Shown here piece by piece: positions 20,559 to 30,129 of a stretch of DNA of 64,000 nucleotides. The stretch is from positions 32,001 to 96,000 of the forward strand of contig CAVRAY010000002.1 of NCBI GenBank assembly GCA_963719225.1, read 5' to 3'. Each line of letters begins with the position of its first letter. Within the stretch, counting starts at the first letter, position 1. Origin of the DNA: Thermoanaerobaculia bacterium. Lineage in GTDB: Bacteria > Acidobacteriota > Thermoanaerobaculia > UBA5066. Both the position numbers and the translations under genes were made by a program. The notes beneath the pieces were generated by a model, which saw nothing but the letters and a program-made list of their open reading frames with translations, was not told the origin of the DNA and made no database searches.

Positions 20559-23500
20559 TCAGGGCTTTACTTCGATGGGGAAGGTCTTCCACATCTTCAC
20601 CTTCACGCCATCCTTCGTCGCGGGCTGGATTGTCGCACCCTTCAGCGAGCGCACGGCGGCCTCGTCGACGAACCGGTAGCTCGAAGGCCTGAGGATCCGG
20701 ACCTCCACGATTTTCCCGCGTTCGTCCACGAGGGCCATGAGGAAGGGCGTCCCGATGGAGCCGTCGGCCGCACGCTTGATCTGCCGGGCCTGGGGCGGGA
20801 GATTGCCCATGCTGCCGAGCCGCACGAGCTTCGGCTCCAAGACCCCGTCGCCGGGCCCGACGAGGTCGCCTTCGGCGACCGGAGCGCTCGACGCGGACGG
20901 GACCACGGGCGTCCTTTCGGGAACGGAGGCCTCGACGGGCGGAGCCGGGGTGGGTTTCGGGGCCGCTTCGGGAGCGGCCTCGGACGGCCGCGACTCCGGG
21001 GCGCGCACGACCGTCACGGTGGAAGGCTCGACGTTCTTCGGCACCGGGACCGACGCGGTGCCGGCGTCCGACGCGCGCGGAGGCTCCGCGGGCTGGACGG
21101 GCACGAGTCCGAGCGCGCCCGGGGGTTGCGCGGGAGCGGTCGCGGGCTTCCCGGCCGCGAGCTGCTTGGCCGCTGCATCGCGTGCCGCCTTCTCGCGTTC
21201 TGCCGCGAGACGCCGCGCCTCCGCCTCGACCGCCTTCGGGTCGAGGATCTTCGCCGGCTCGGGCTGGGGAAGAGCGGCCGAGGGAGCCAGGGGAGCAGCG
21301 GGAGACACGGTCGCCGCGGGCGCCTCCGTCTTTGGCGTGGGCGCCGCGGCGGGTGGCTTCGTGCCCATCCAGCGGTCCTTCGTCACGAAGAGCGCGCCGA
21401 GAACGAGGACTGCCGCCACGATGCCGATTCCGGCGACGAGGCCCGCGCGGCTCTTCTTCGACTCCCCCGCCGTCGGGAGCGCGGACGCGGTTTCACCGAG
21501 GGCGCGGCGTGCCGGCGGCGCCGGAGGCGGCGCGGGTGCCGGAAAGGACGGGCGCGTGACCTCGCCGGAAGCCTTCGCGATGACGAGGCCCTTGCCTTTC
21601 TTCGGAAGAGCGTCGGGGGCGGGAGCCGGCGGCGGGACTGGGTGTGGCATGTCACGGGCCGCGTCGAAAGCGGCATCGATCTCGTCGTCGGACGCCTGGT
21701 GCGCCTCGAGAAGGCGGTGCATGTAGATCGCGAGGTCGGCGGGGCCGGGAGAGGGCTGATACGTGTAAAGCACCGCGTGAAGGTCCTTCTCGAACTCCGA
21801 CGCGTTCTGATATCGCTCCTGGGGGTTCTTCGCGAGCGCCTTCAGAACGATCTGATCGACGCGCTTGGGGACCTCGGCACCGCGCGACGTGGGCGGCGCG
21901 ACCTCGCCTTCACGGACGCTCTCGAGAACGGACATGTCGGTGTCCCCCTCGAAGAGCGGCACGCCCGTCAACATCTCGTAGAGCACAGAGCCGAGGGAGA
22001 AGATGTCGCTCCGGCGGTCGAGTCTTTTGCCCCAGGCCTGCTCGGGCGACATGTACTGCAGCTTCCCCTTGAGCGCGCCCGACATCGTCGTCGAGACCTT
22101 GCTCGCAGCCTTCGCGATGCCGAAGTCGCAGAGCTTGATGTCGCCTTCGTCGCTGATGAGGATGTTCTGCGGCGAGACGTCGCGGTGCACGAGGTTGAGC
22201 TCGCTGCCGTCGGGAGCCGGCCGGCGATGCGCGTAATCGAGGGCGTTCGCGATTTTCGCGGCGATGAAAAGCGCGAGCTCGGCCGGCAGCGGAAAGCCCC
22301 TCTCCCTTCCGAGCTTCAGGAGCGTGCGCAGGTCCTTCCCCTCGACGTACTCCATGGCGATGTAGTGCCAGGCGTCGACTTTCCCGAGGTCGTAGATGTG
22401 CGTGATGTTGTTGTGGTTGAGCTGGGCCGCGAGCTTCGCCTCGTCGACGAACATCGTGACGAAATCGGCGTTCGTCGCCATGTGCGGCACGATGCGCTTG
22501 ATCGCGACGATCTTCTCGAAGCCCTGCTCGCCCCTCATCCGCGCCTTGTAGACCTCGGCCATGCCGCCGGCGCCGATCTTCTCGAGGAGCTGGTAGCGCC
22601 CGAAGGCGCCCGGCGAAGAGGCGGGACGCGCGATCGGGACCGGACGCGTCGCTTCGACCGGCCGCTTCAGCGGCGGAGGAGCGGGCGGAATGGGAGGCGG
22701 GATCGGCGCCACCTTGGTCCGGACCTTCTCGCCCGAGACTTCGCGGGAAATTTCCCTCGGGCGCGCAGGCGGCGCCGCGGCGGTCGTCTTCGGCGGGGGC
22801 ATCAGTCCCGAGAGCGTGTCGCTGAGAAGCTTGTCGACGGAGGAGACCTTTCGGGCGGGCGCCTCCCCGGAGCGGGTCGCGGGCTGCGCGCGCGCGGCGA
22901 GGCTCGCCATCGCCTCGGCGACGTTAACGCGCGCCGTCCGCTCCACGGGCCTTCCCGCCGGTTCGACCGCGGGAAAAGGCGGGGAGGGCCCGCTCACCGT
23001 CTTCTTCGGCGGCAGCAGACCCGAAAGCGTGTCGTGGAGCCGCTTGTCGACCGCGGCCGGGACCTCGCGGGAAACGAATTTCGGCGGCGGCGGGGCTTCG
23101 CCGAGCCCCGTCAGGACGTCCGAAAAGATGTCGTCAGCCGAGAGGAGGGGTGTTCCCGGATCGCTCGGAGGTCCCGGGGACGGCGGCATTTCGATTCCGG
23201 GCCTCAGGCCCAGCGCCATCGCGATCTCCGCCTGGAAGACGTCCTCGGAGAACGGCTTCTCGAGAATGCTCGTCGCGCCCACGCGCTGGGCGTCCGCGCG
23301 CTTGTTGCGTCCCTTGTAGCCGGACATCATGAGGAGGATCGGCGGGGTCGGGCCCGTCGACTGCATGCCCTTGATGACGTCGGGCGTACGGATCTTCGGG
23401 AGCACGGAGGAGATGAGCACGAGGTCCGGGCGCGATTTCCGGTACAGCTCGAGCCCCTCCTCGCCATCGCGTGCGATCACGAGCTCGACGGTCTGCGACT

Positions 23501-23567
23501 GACTCGCCAGGTATTGGCGAATCCTCTCGAGATAACGAGGCTCGTATTCGATCAGGAGGAATTTCAT
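20559..23567 (-). CDS. Pseudo-receiver / Ser-Thr protein kinase / TM / TonB C-terminal fusion protein
   Basis: REC-like fold lacking the acceptor Asp (PDLVLISSVLP); kinase motifs IGAGGMAEV, VAIK, HRDVSPQN, DFG, YMSPE; TM segment; Pro-rich linker; TonB-C (LVDERGKIVEVRIL..DEAAV..PATKDGVKV). Confidence 0.88.
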   Translation of the reverse strand: MKFLLIEYEPRYLERIRQYLASQSQTVELVIARDGEEGLELYRKSRPDLVLISSVLPKIRTPDVIKGMQSTGPTPPILLMMSGYKGRNKRADAQRVGATSILEKPFSEDVFQAEIAMALGLRPGIEMPPSPGPPSDPGTPLLSADDIFSDVLTGLGEAPPPPKFVSREVPAAVDKRLHDTLSGLLPPKKTVSGPSPPFPAVEPAGRPVERTARVNVAEAMASLAARAQPATRSGEAPARKVSSVDKLLSDTLSGLMPPPKTTAAAPPARPREISREVSGEKVRTKVAPIPPPIPPAPPPLKRPVEATRPVPIARPASSPGAFGRYQLLEKIGAGGMAEVYKARMRGEQGFEKIVAIKRIVPHMATNADFVTMFVDEAKLAAQLNHNNITHIYDLGKVDAWHYIAMEYVEGKDLRTLLKLGRERGFPLPAELALFIAAKIANALDYAHRRPAPDGSELNLVHRDVSPQNILISDEGDIKLCDFGIAKAASKVSTTMSGALKGKLQYMSPEQAWGKRLDRRSDIFSLGSVLYEMLTGVPLFEGDTDMSVLESVREGEVAPPTSRGAEVPKRVDQIVLKALAKNPQERYQNASEFEKDLHAVLYTYQPSPGPADLAIYMHRLLEAHQASDDEIDAAFDAARDMPHPVPPPAPAPDALPKKGKGLVIAKASGEVTRPSFPAPAPPPAPPARRALGETASALPTAGESKKSRAGLVAGIGIVAAVLVLGALFVTKDRWMGTKPPAAAPTPKTEAPAATVSPAAPLAPSAALPQPEPAKILDPKAVEAEARRLAAEREKAARDAAAKQLAAGKPATAPAQPPGALGLVPVQPAEPPRASDAGTASVPVPKNVEPSTVTVVRAPESRPSEAAPEAAPKPTPAPPVEASVPERTPVVPSASSAPVAEGDLVGPGDGVLEPKLVRLGSMGNLPPQARQIKRAADGSIGTPFLMALVDERGKIVEVRILRPSSYRFVDEAAVRSLKGATIQPATKDGVKVKMWKTFPIEVKP

Positions 23568-23641
23568 GCCGGACTCGAGAGCGGCGGCGAGGCCTCCGCA
23601 CGCGTGTACAACTCCTTTCGGAAGAATCTATTATCGTCCGG

Positions 23642-25000
23642 GTGACGGCGGTGTCAACGAACCGGAGCGAACGCGGCGGCGTACGACGTGTCTTCAGCGC
23701 GCCGCTCGGCTGCAAGGTCAGCCGGATCGACGCTGCTCAGGCCGCGCGTCTCGCCGGAGCTTCCGGCGACGACGTCCAGGCGGGAGGAGCCGCCGGCGCC
23801 GACGTGGTCCTCGTCCACGGCTGTGCGGTCACCGACCGCGCCGAGCGCGACGGCCGGCGTCTCGTCCGGCGTCTCAGGCGGGAGAATCCCGGCGCGACGC
23901 TCGTCGTCTCCGGGTGCTTCGCCGAGAAGGGCGGCGAATCGCTCTCACGGATGCCGGAAGTGGACCTCGTCGTCTCTCTCGCCGCGCGGGACGCGCTGTC
24001 CGAGATCCTCGACGCCCACGAGGCCGGCCTTCTGCCCGAGCGGATCGTCACGACCGGCGCGTCGGCCCGCGCCGCGCTCTTTGCGATGCCCGCACAGGAC
24101 CGACCGCCGGAGGCACTTCTCGATCCGGACCGAACGCGCGCGTTCCTCAAGATTCAGGACGGTTGCGAACGGCGCTGCGCCTTCTGCGTCGTGCCTTCCC
24201 TGCGCGGGGAGGAGCGCAGTGCCCGGATCGAGGACGTCGCCGACGCCGTCCGCCGCCTCGGCGATGCCGGCGTCCCCGAGGTCGTCCTGGCGGGCATCCA
24301 CCTCGCCGCGTTCGGCCACGACCGCGGGACCGCGCTCGTCGATCTTCTCCGGCGGCTCGACGAGGATCCGCCCGCGTGCCGCATCCGGCTTTCCTCGCTC
24401 GAGCCCATGGAAGCGGGCGAAGCCCTCGTCGACCTCGTCGCGACGTCGCGAGTCGTCGTCCCCCACCTCCATCTGCCGCTGCAGTCGGGCTCGTTCGGTG
24501 TCCTCAAGCGGATGCGCCGCGGCATCGTGCCGGCGCGCTACCGCGCGCTCGTCTCGCGCGCGGTGCGTTCGAACGCGCGGCTCCACCTCGCGACGGACCT
24601 CATCGCCGGCTTTCCCGGCGAGACGGACGCGGAGTTCGAAGAGACGCTGCGCTTCGTGGAAGAGCTTCCCTTCGCCTCGCTCCACGTCTTCCCGTTCTCC
24701 CCGCGCTCTCACACCGACGCCGCGGCCTGGCACGAGGCGAATCCCCTGCCGCCACGGGTCGTCACCCAGCGGACGCGTGCGCTGCGCCAGCTCGGCGATG
24801 ACAAGGCCCGGGCCTTCGCTCGCCGCGCCTCCGGGACGACGGCGGACGTCGTCACGCTGCGTGGAAACCGGGGTCTCACCGATCACTATCTCGACGTGGG
24901 ACTTCGCCTTGCCGCGGGCGAGAACGCCCCGGGCCGGCGCCTCGTCGCACGACTGATGGAGAGCGGACGGGACGGCCGCCTGGAAGCACATCCCTGCTAG
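23642..25000 (+). CDS. mtaB: tRNA methylthiotransferase (MtaB-like radical SAM)
   Basis: LGCKV, GCAVT..A, SGC, RTRAFLKIQDGCERRCAFC, RIRLSSLEP, HLHLPLQSG, DLIAGFPGET, HVFPFSPR. Confidence 0.88.
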   Translation: MTAVSTNRSERGGVRRVFSAPLGCKVSRIDAAQAARLAGASGDDVQAGGAAGADVVLVHGCAVTDRAERDGRRLVRRLRRENPGATLVVSGCFAEKGGESLSRMPEVDLVVSLAARDALSEILDAHEAGLLPERIVTTGASARAALFAMPAQDRPPEALLDPDRTRAFLKIQDGCERRCAFCVVPSLRGEERSARIEDVADAVRRLGDAGVPEVVLAGIHLAAFGHDRGTALVDLLRRLDEDPPACRIRLSSLEPMEAGEALVDLVATSRVVVPHLHLPLQSGSFGVLKRMRRGIVPARYRALVSRAVRSNARLHLATDLIAGFPGETDAEFEETLRFVEELPFASLHVFPFSPRSHTDAAAWHEANPLPPRVVTQRTRALRQLGDDKARAFARRASGTTADVVTLRGNRGLTDHYLDVGLRLAAGENAPGRRLVARLMESGRDGRLEAHPC

Positions 25001-25032
25001 ACTTCGCGGCCCGAAGACCCCAGAGGTGAGCC

Positions 25033-25773
25033 ATGTCCGGTCACAGTAAGTGGAGCACGATCAAGCACAAGAAGGGTGCCGCCGATGCGAAGCGTGGGAA
25101 CCTCTTCACGAAGCTGATCAAGGAAATCACGATGTCCGCCAAGGTCGGGGGCGGCATCATCGAGTCGAATCCGCGTCTCCGCTCGGCGGTCCTCGCAGCG
25201 AAAAAGGCGTCGATGCCGTCGGACAACATCGACAGAGCGATCAAGCGCGGCACCGGCGAGCTCGAAGGCGTGACGTACGAGGAAGTCACCTACGAAGGCT
25301 ACGGGCCGGGCGGCGCCGCGATCCTCATCGAAGCGATGACGGACAACAAGAACCGCACGACCGCCGAGATCCGCCACCTGCTCACGAAGTACGGCGGAAA
25401 CCTGGCCGCGGCCGGCGCCGTGGCATTCCAGTTCTCGAAAAAAGGGGTCATCGCCGTCGAGAAGGGCGCGGCGAAGGAAGACGTCCTCATGGAGCTCGCG
25501 CTCGAGTCGGGCGCCGAGGATTTCAAGGCGGAGGATGCGGACGTCTTCGAGATCGTCACGGACCCTGCGACGTTCGAATCCGTGAAGGCCGTCGTCGAGG
25601 GCAAGCACCTTCCGATCCAGACGGCGGAGGTTCAGATGGTTCCGCAGAACACGATCGAAGTCGGTGAAAAGGCCCCCGCGCTCCTGAAGCTCCTCGAAAT
25701 GATCGAAGACAACGACGACGTCCAGAAAGTCTGGTCGAACGGCGACATCGACGAGAAGTACCTGGCGGAGTAG
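25033..25773 (+). CDS. yebC: YebC/PmpR family protein
   Basis: MSGHSKWSTIKHKK, YEGYGPGG, TDNKNRT, DDVQKVWSN. Confidence 0.97.
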   Translation: MSGHSKWSTIKHKKGAADAKRGNLFTKLIKEITMSAKVGGGIIESNPRLRSAVLAAKKASMPSDNIDRAIKRGTGELEGVTYEEVTYEGYGPGGAAILIEAMTDNKNRTTAEIRHLLTKYGGNLAAAGAVAFQFSKKGVIAVEKGAAKEDVLMELALESGAEDFKAEDADVFEIVTDPATFESVKAVVEGKHLPIQTAEVQMVPQNTIEVGEKAPALLKLLEMIEDNDDVQKVWSNGDIDEKYLAE

Positions 25774-25788
25774 ATCCCGAAGAACGCG

Positions 25789-26325
25789 ATGAAAATCCTC
25801 GGGGTCGACCCCGGAAGCCGGGCGGCGGGCTGGGCCGTCGTCGACTTCACTCCCGCGCCCGCCCTCGTCGATGCCGGGGTCATCCGACCGCCTCGGATCG
25901 GCACGTTCGCCGAGCGCCTCTCGTACCTCCACGCCGCCCTCGCGAAAGTGATCGCGGCAGACCGCCCGGACGCGGCCGCCGTGGAGCGCGTCTTCTCCGG
26001 CGTGAATCCCCAGAGCCTCATCGCCCTCGGCGAGGCGCGCGGCGTTCTTCTTCTCGCCCTCGCCCAGGCCGGCATCCCGACCGCTGAGGTGACGCCCGCC
26101 GAGATCAAGCGCTCCGTCGCAGGGTCCGGCGGCGCCGAGAAGGAGCAGGTGCGCCGTATGGTCGGCGCTCTCCTCGGAAAGCGCCTTGCCCTCGACGCCG
26201 CCGACGCCGCGGCCGCCGCTCTCGCTCACGGCTTCGTCGCCGCGAGGCGCGGCGCGAGCTTCGCGCCGGCCTCCCCCGCGCCCGCCCATCTGTCGGGAGA
26301 AGTCAGGAGACGACCGGCCGGGTGA
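25789..26325 (+). CDS. ruvC: Holliday junction resolvase
   Basis: ILGVDPG, AVE..F, LGEARGV, P.EIK.SVAG.GGAEKEQV, DAADA; follows yebC. Confidence 0.93.
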   Translation: MKILGVDPGSRAAGWAVVDFTPAPALVDAGVIRPPRIGTFAERLSYLHAALAKVIAADRPDAAAVERVFSGVNPQSLIALGEARGVLLLALAQAGIPTAEVTPAEIKRSVAGSGGAEKEQVRRMVGALLGKRLALDAADAAAAALAHGFVAARRGASFAPASPAPAHLSGEVRRRPAG

Positions 26326-26374
26326 GCCTCCTGTTGAGCGGATCCGGCACGGGCTGCTATCGTGAAAGCGTCCG

Positions 26375-27280
26375 ATGTCGTTTCAAGGCTCCCTCAATGA
26401 GCTCCCGCTCTCCGATATCGTCCAGCTCGTGGCCGTCTCCGGAAAGACGGGCATGTTCTCGATGACGCGTGCCTCCGAGAAGGGCTACGTCTATCTCCAG
26501 AACGGTCAGATCACGCACGCCAAGCTCGGCGAAGTCGAGGGCGAAGACGCGATCTATGCGCTCGCGCTGTGGAGCCAGGGGTCCTTCCAGTTCTCGCCGG
26601 GCGTCGAGAGCGAAGCTCGGACGATCAGCCGTTCGAACACGAACCTCCTTCTCGAAGCGGCCCGCCGGAGCGACGAGTGGAAGATCCTCTCGAAAAAGAT
26701 CCCCGGGACCGATTCGGTTCCCGTCCTCGTGGCCCGCGAGGGCGCGAACGGCCCCGTGACGCTCACGCCGCTCGAATGGAGGGTCGTGACGAAAACGGAC
26801 GGGAACCGTTCGATCGAGGAGATCGCGCGGGCCCTCCGGACCTCGGCATTCGACGTCGCCAAGACGCTTTACGGCCTCGTCACGGCCGAGCTCGTCGAGA
26901 TCGGCAAGACGCGGGGGCCGAAGTCCGCGCCCCAGGCCCCGGCTCCCGCGCCCCTTCAGGCGATTCCGGCCCCCACGGGCCAGTCGATCCCGAACGTCTC
27001 GACGCACAGCGGCGCTTTTCAGGCTCTGTCGAAGGGCGACGAGAAACGAAGCCTTCAGATCCTCTGCACGAAAGTGAAGCAGGAAGCCGAAGCGGCGGCG
27101 GCCGCGCCGGGGGACTCGACGATCGACCGTCCCTACCGAATCGCTCTCCTGGAGCTCGACCGGGGCCGCGGACTCGACGTCGTCCGCGACCTGATCCGAA
27201 CGCTCGAGGAGATGGTCGAAAAGCTCAGGGGTCCAGCCGCCGCACGTGGGTTCCGGGAGAAGATGAACCCGCTGCTTTGA
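26375..27280 (+). CDS. DUF4388 (PatA N-terminal-like) domain protein
   Basis: FQGSLNELPLSDIVQL..SGKTG..VYLQNGQI.HA..W..GSFQF..LLLEAARR.DEW, then a winged-helix-like segment. Confidence 0.85.
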   Translation: MSFQGSLNELPLSDIVQLVAVSGKTGMFSMTRASEKGYVYLQNGQITHAKLGEVEGEDAIYALALWSQGSFQFSPGVESEARTISRSNTNLLLEAARRSDEWKILSKKIPGTDSVPVLVAREGANGPVTLTPLEWRVVTKTDGNRSIEEIARALRTSAFDVAKTLYGLVTAELVEIGKTRGPKSAPQAPAPAPLQAIPAPTGQSIPNVSTHSGAFQALSKGDEKRSLQILCTKVKQEAEAAAAAPGDSTIDRPYRIALLELDRGRGLDVVRDLIRTLEEMVEKLRGPAAARGFREKMNPLL

Positions 27281-27300
27281 ACGTAACTCCTTGACTTCGT

Positions 27301-27329
27301 TTGCTTGCGGGCGGGGGACGGGCTAGAAT
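27301..27329 (+). promoter_or_regulatory. Sigma70-type promoter of the OmpA-domain gene
   Basis: TTGCTT-N17-TAGAAT, followed by a ~95-nt leader and AAGGAG SD. Confidence 0.65.
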
Positions 27330-27427
27330 CTGGCAGCGATTCCTGTCTTTTTGAACAACGACTCGAGGCACTTTCCCGCGCTGGCCAAGAACGAGCCCTG
27401 CGGCCAGAGCGGACCAAAGGAGATTCG

Positions 27428-28816
27428 ATGCGACGGATGCGGACCCGACTCCTCCTCGGCGCGATGGCGTGCGTGGTCTTCGCGGCTCCTCTCGCGGCAC
27501 AGGTAGCCCCCACGGTCACGGGCGAGACGGGTCTCTTCCAGGTCATGAACGCCGACATGCTGCCTCAGGGGCGCTTCTCTCTCGGGCTGTCCTGGGGCCT
27601 GTGGGACCGGACCGCGGCGTCCGTCCCCAACTCGTCCCCGTTCCTGGACGATCCTCTCCGCTACGACCTGCAGCGCTTCGGAATCTCCGTCGGCTACGGC
27701 CTTCTGCCGAACTGGGAGGCGTCGATCAGCGCGGGCGCCAACCGTTACCACGCCTCCAATTTCACCTGGCAGGGGATCGTGAACGGGCGCTACCGCTTCG
27801 GCGGCTTCACGCACAGCGAGACGGACAAGGTCCGAATCGGAACGAAGATCCGCCTCAATTCCAAGGATCCGGTTCTCGTCGCGCTCTTCGGCGGCATTTC
27901 GATTCCGACTCAGTCGTCGAACGACGTCAACGCGATCGGCTCCTCCCGCGCGGACTACGACTTCGGCCTGTCGTTCAACGTCGGCTGGGTGACTTTTCAG
28001 ACGGCCTATCAGCTCAACGGCGACATCGGCACGCCCACGTCGTTCCAGAACACGGGGCCGGTCGGCTACGACCTGTCGAACACGTGGGTGAACGCCGTCG
28101 GCGTCGCCGTGCCCGTGGTGCCGAACTTCTTCAAGGCGATCGGCGAGATCAACCGCGTTCACTACGACGGCGGCGATACGCAGCCGCCAGACTTCTCCGA
28201 GGTGACGCTCGGGGGACGCTTCTCGTTCGGAGACTCCGGCTTCACGGCCTCCGGCGCCGTGCGCGTGAACATCGACCGCTGGACGAGATACGGAAGCACC
28301 CCCTCGAACATCGGCGGCCTCGTCCAGGTCGCCTACCTGCCCCCCGCTCCCGTCGTGGTCAGGCCCCGCGCGGCCCTGCCCCGCGAAGCCGAGCCTGTTC
28401 CTCCGCCCCCGACCGAACCCGTGCCTCCGCCGCCCGCCCCGGAACCCGTTCCCGCTCCGGGCGAGCCGGGAACCCCGCCCGTCGCCCGGCCCTCCACCTC
28501 GACGACCGACGAGATCCTCTTCGACGCCGCCAAGAGCCGGCTCACGAACATCGCCAAGGCCATCCTGGACGGCGTCGCCCTCCGCCTGAAGAACAACCTC
28601 GCCGCCACGTGCACGATCTCGGCCTCCACCGACCCGAAGGAGAAGGGCGGGGATCACGCTGCGCTCGCCCGGGCCCGTGCCGAAGCGGCCCGCGACTACC
28701 TCATGAAGCGTCACGGCATCGACGGGTCGCGCATCACGAGCGAGGTCAAGGGGGACGGCGATTCGCCCGACGCCACGCGCAACCGGCGCGCCGTCGTCAC
28801 CGTCACGTTCCCCTGA
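27428..28816 (+). CDS. Outer-membrane beta-barrel protein with Pro-rich linker and OmpA C-terminal domain
   Basis: Signal peptide, TGETGLF..ADML..G N-terminus, amphipathic strands, EILFD..KS.L..AKAILD, TD..RA.A.RDYL, NRRA. Confidence 0.85.
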   Translation: MRRMRTRLLLGAMACVVFAAPLAAQVAPTVTGETGLFQVMNADMLPQGRFSLGLSWGLWDRTAASVPNSSPFLDDPLRYDLQRFGISVGYGLLPNWEASISAGANRYHASNFTWQGIVNGRYRFGGFTHSETDKVRIGTKIRLNSKDPVLVALFGGISIPTQSSNDVNAIGSSRADYDFGLSFNVGWVTFQTAYQLNGDIGTPTSFQNTGPVGYDLSNTWVNAVGVAVPVVPNFFKAIGEINRVHYDGGDTQPPDFSEVTLGGRFSFGDSGFTASGAVRVNIDRWTRYGSTPSNIGGLVQVAYLPPAPVVVRPRAALPREAEPVPPPPTEPVPPPPAPEPVPAPGEPGTPPVARPSTSTTDEILFDAAKSRLTNIAKAILDGVALRLKNNLAATCTISASTDPKEKGGDHAALARARAEAARDYLMKRHGIDGSRITSEVKGDGDSPDATRNRRAVVTVTFP

Positions 28817-28857
28817 TTCGACGAGCTCGCCCGCGGCGGCGTTAGACTGACGCCGCC

Positions 28858-30027
28858 GTGGATTCGAGCTCGGGCGGAGTGTTTTCGACTGGAACGTTCT
28901 CCACCGGGACGAACCCCGCTCAAGGCGGCGTGTTCCGTTCGCGGGCGCTCGTCGTCCTCGCGACCGCCGCTCTCGTGGGCATGCTGTGGGCGGGCAAGGT
29001 CCTGTTCGTCATGTTCTTCTTCGCCCTCTTCCTGTCCTTCGCGCTCCAGCCGTTCGTGACCCTCCTCGAGAAGATCCGCTTCCCGCGCTCTCTCGCCGTC
29101 CTCACCGTCATCCTGTTCCTCTCGGCGCTCGTCATTTTCTTCGTCGTCAACGCCATGTCCCAGATCGAGGCCTTCGCGCGGGACCTGCCCCTCTACGAGA
29201 CGCGGATCCGGGCCTTCACCTCGAAAGCCCAGGGCCTGTTCGCGCAGATCGAGGAGCGCACGCGCTCGCTCCTCCCCGAAGGCGACCGGACGACCCGCTC
29301 CGTGCGGCTCGAGTCGGACGCGTTCGACTCGCTGTCGAAAGTCGCGCTCCAGGTCAAGACGATCGTCTCCCTGCTCCTCTACACGGCCGCGGTCCCGATG
29401 CTCTCGTTCTTCATGCTCAAGGATCGCGAGAGGTACGGCGGGGCTGTCGTGAAGATTCTTCGCATCAAGGGCGGCCGCGCCGCGCAGGACTTCGCCGTCG
29501 GGGTCGCGCGCGTCCTTTCCGGCTACGTTCTCGGCGAGCTCTTCGTCGTCCTGATCACGGCCTGCATCACGACGGCGGGACTCCTCGTCCTCCGTGTGCC
29601 GTACGGCTACATCCTCGGCCCGCTGGCGGGCGTGTGCGTTCTCGTTCCGTACGTCGGCGTCATCTTCTCGACGACGCCCGCTTTCCTCGTCGCTCTTCTC
29701 GCTTCGAACGACGCGGCGCTGCCCGTGAAAGTCCTCGTCTTCTATTCCGTCGTCCAGTTCCTCGAGGGCAACGTGCTGACGCCCTTCATCGTCGGCAGCC
29801 GCGTCCGGCTCCACCCGCTCGCGGTCCTGTTCGCTTTTCTCTTCTGGGGAATTCTCTGGGGCGTGCCGGGCGCGATTCTCGCCGTTCCTCTGACGGCGAT
29901 GATCAAGGTAGTGACCGAGCGCTTCGAGCGTTTCGCGCCGTGGGCCGCGCTGCTCGGCGACCGGACTCCCGATCCCGCCCCGCCCGAAGAGCCCGAGGCT
30001 CTCCTCGCCGGCCATCGCGGGGCGTAG
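28858..30027 (+). CDS. AI-2E family transporter
   Basis: Multi-TM; FFMLKD, VPYVG, QFLEGNVLTP..G....LHP, WG..WGVPGAILAVPL. Confidence 0.92.
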   Translation: MDSSSGGVFSTGTFSTGTNPAQGGVFRSRALVVLATAALVGMLWAGKVLFVMFFFALFLSFALQPFVTLLEKIRFPRSLAVLTVILFLSALVIFFVVNAMSQIEAFARDLPLYETRIRAFTSKAQGLFAQIEERTRSLLPEGDRTTRSVRLESDAFDSLSKVALQVKTIVSLLLYTAAVPMLSFFMLKDRERYGGAVVKILRIKGGRAAQDFAVGVARVLSGYVLGELFVVLITACITTAGLLVLRVPYGYILGPLAGVCVLVPYVGVIFSTTPAFLVALLASNDAALPVKVLVFYSVVQFLEGNVLTPFIVGSRVRLHPLAVLFAFLFWGILWGVPGAILAVPLTAMIKVVTERFERFAPWAALLGDRTPDPAPPEEPEALLAGHRGA

Positions 30028-30129
30028 GACCAAGCTGGCTCGAGCGGAGCGAAACCCCCGCAACGGGGGGCCGCGGCTGATGTGCTCCTGCCTAGAGGGT
30101 CCGTTTGAGCAGAGCTCGTTCGCCAGACC

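Noticed and set aside
20306-20560. Cobalamin riboswitch upstream of the Btu-like genes
   Set aside because: No room (overlapping genes, 31-bp gap) and no B12-box motif seen.
27330-27427. Riboswitch or ncRNA in the ompA-like leader
   Set aside because: Only a modest CTGGCC/GGCCAG stem; no family motif I can recognise. An Rfam search would be needed.
28340-28500. Repetitive C-rich tracts (also in the kinase and TPR genes) as possible CRISPR or tandem arrays
   Set aside because: They encode Pro-rich linkers; no constant repeat-spacer periodicity and no cas genes.
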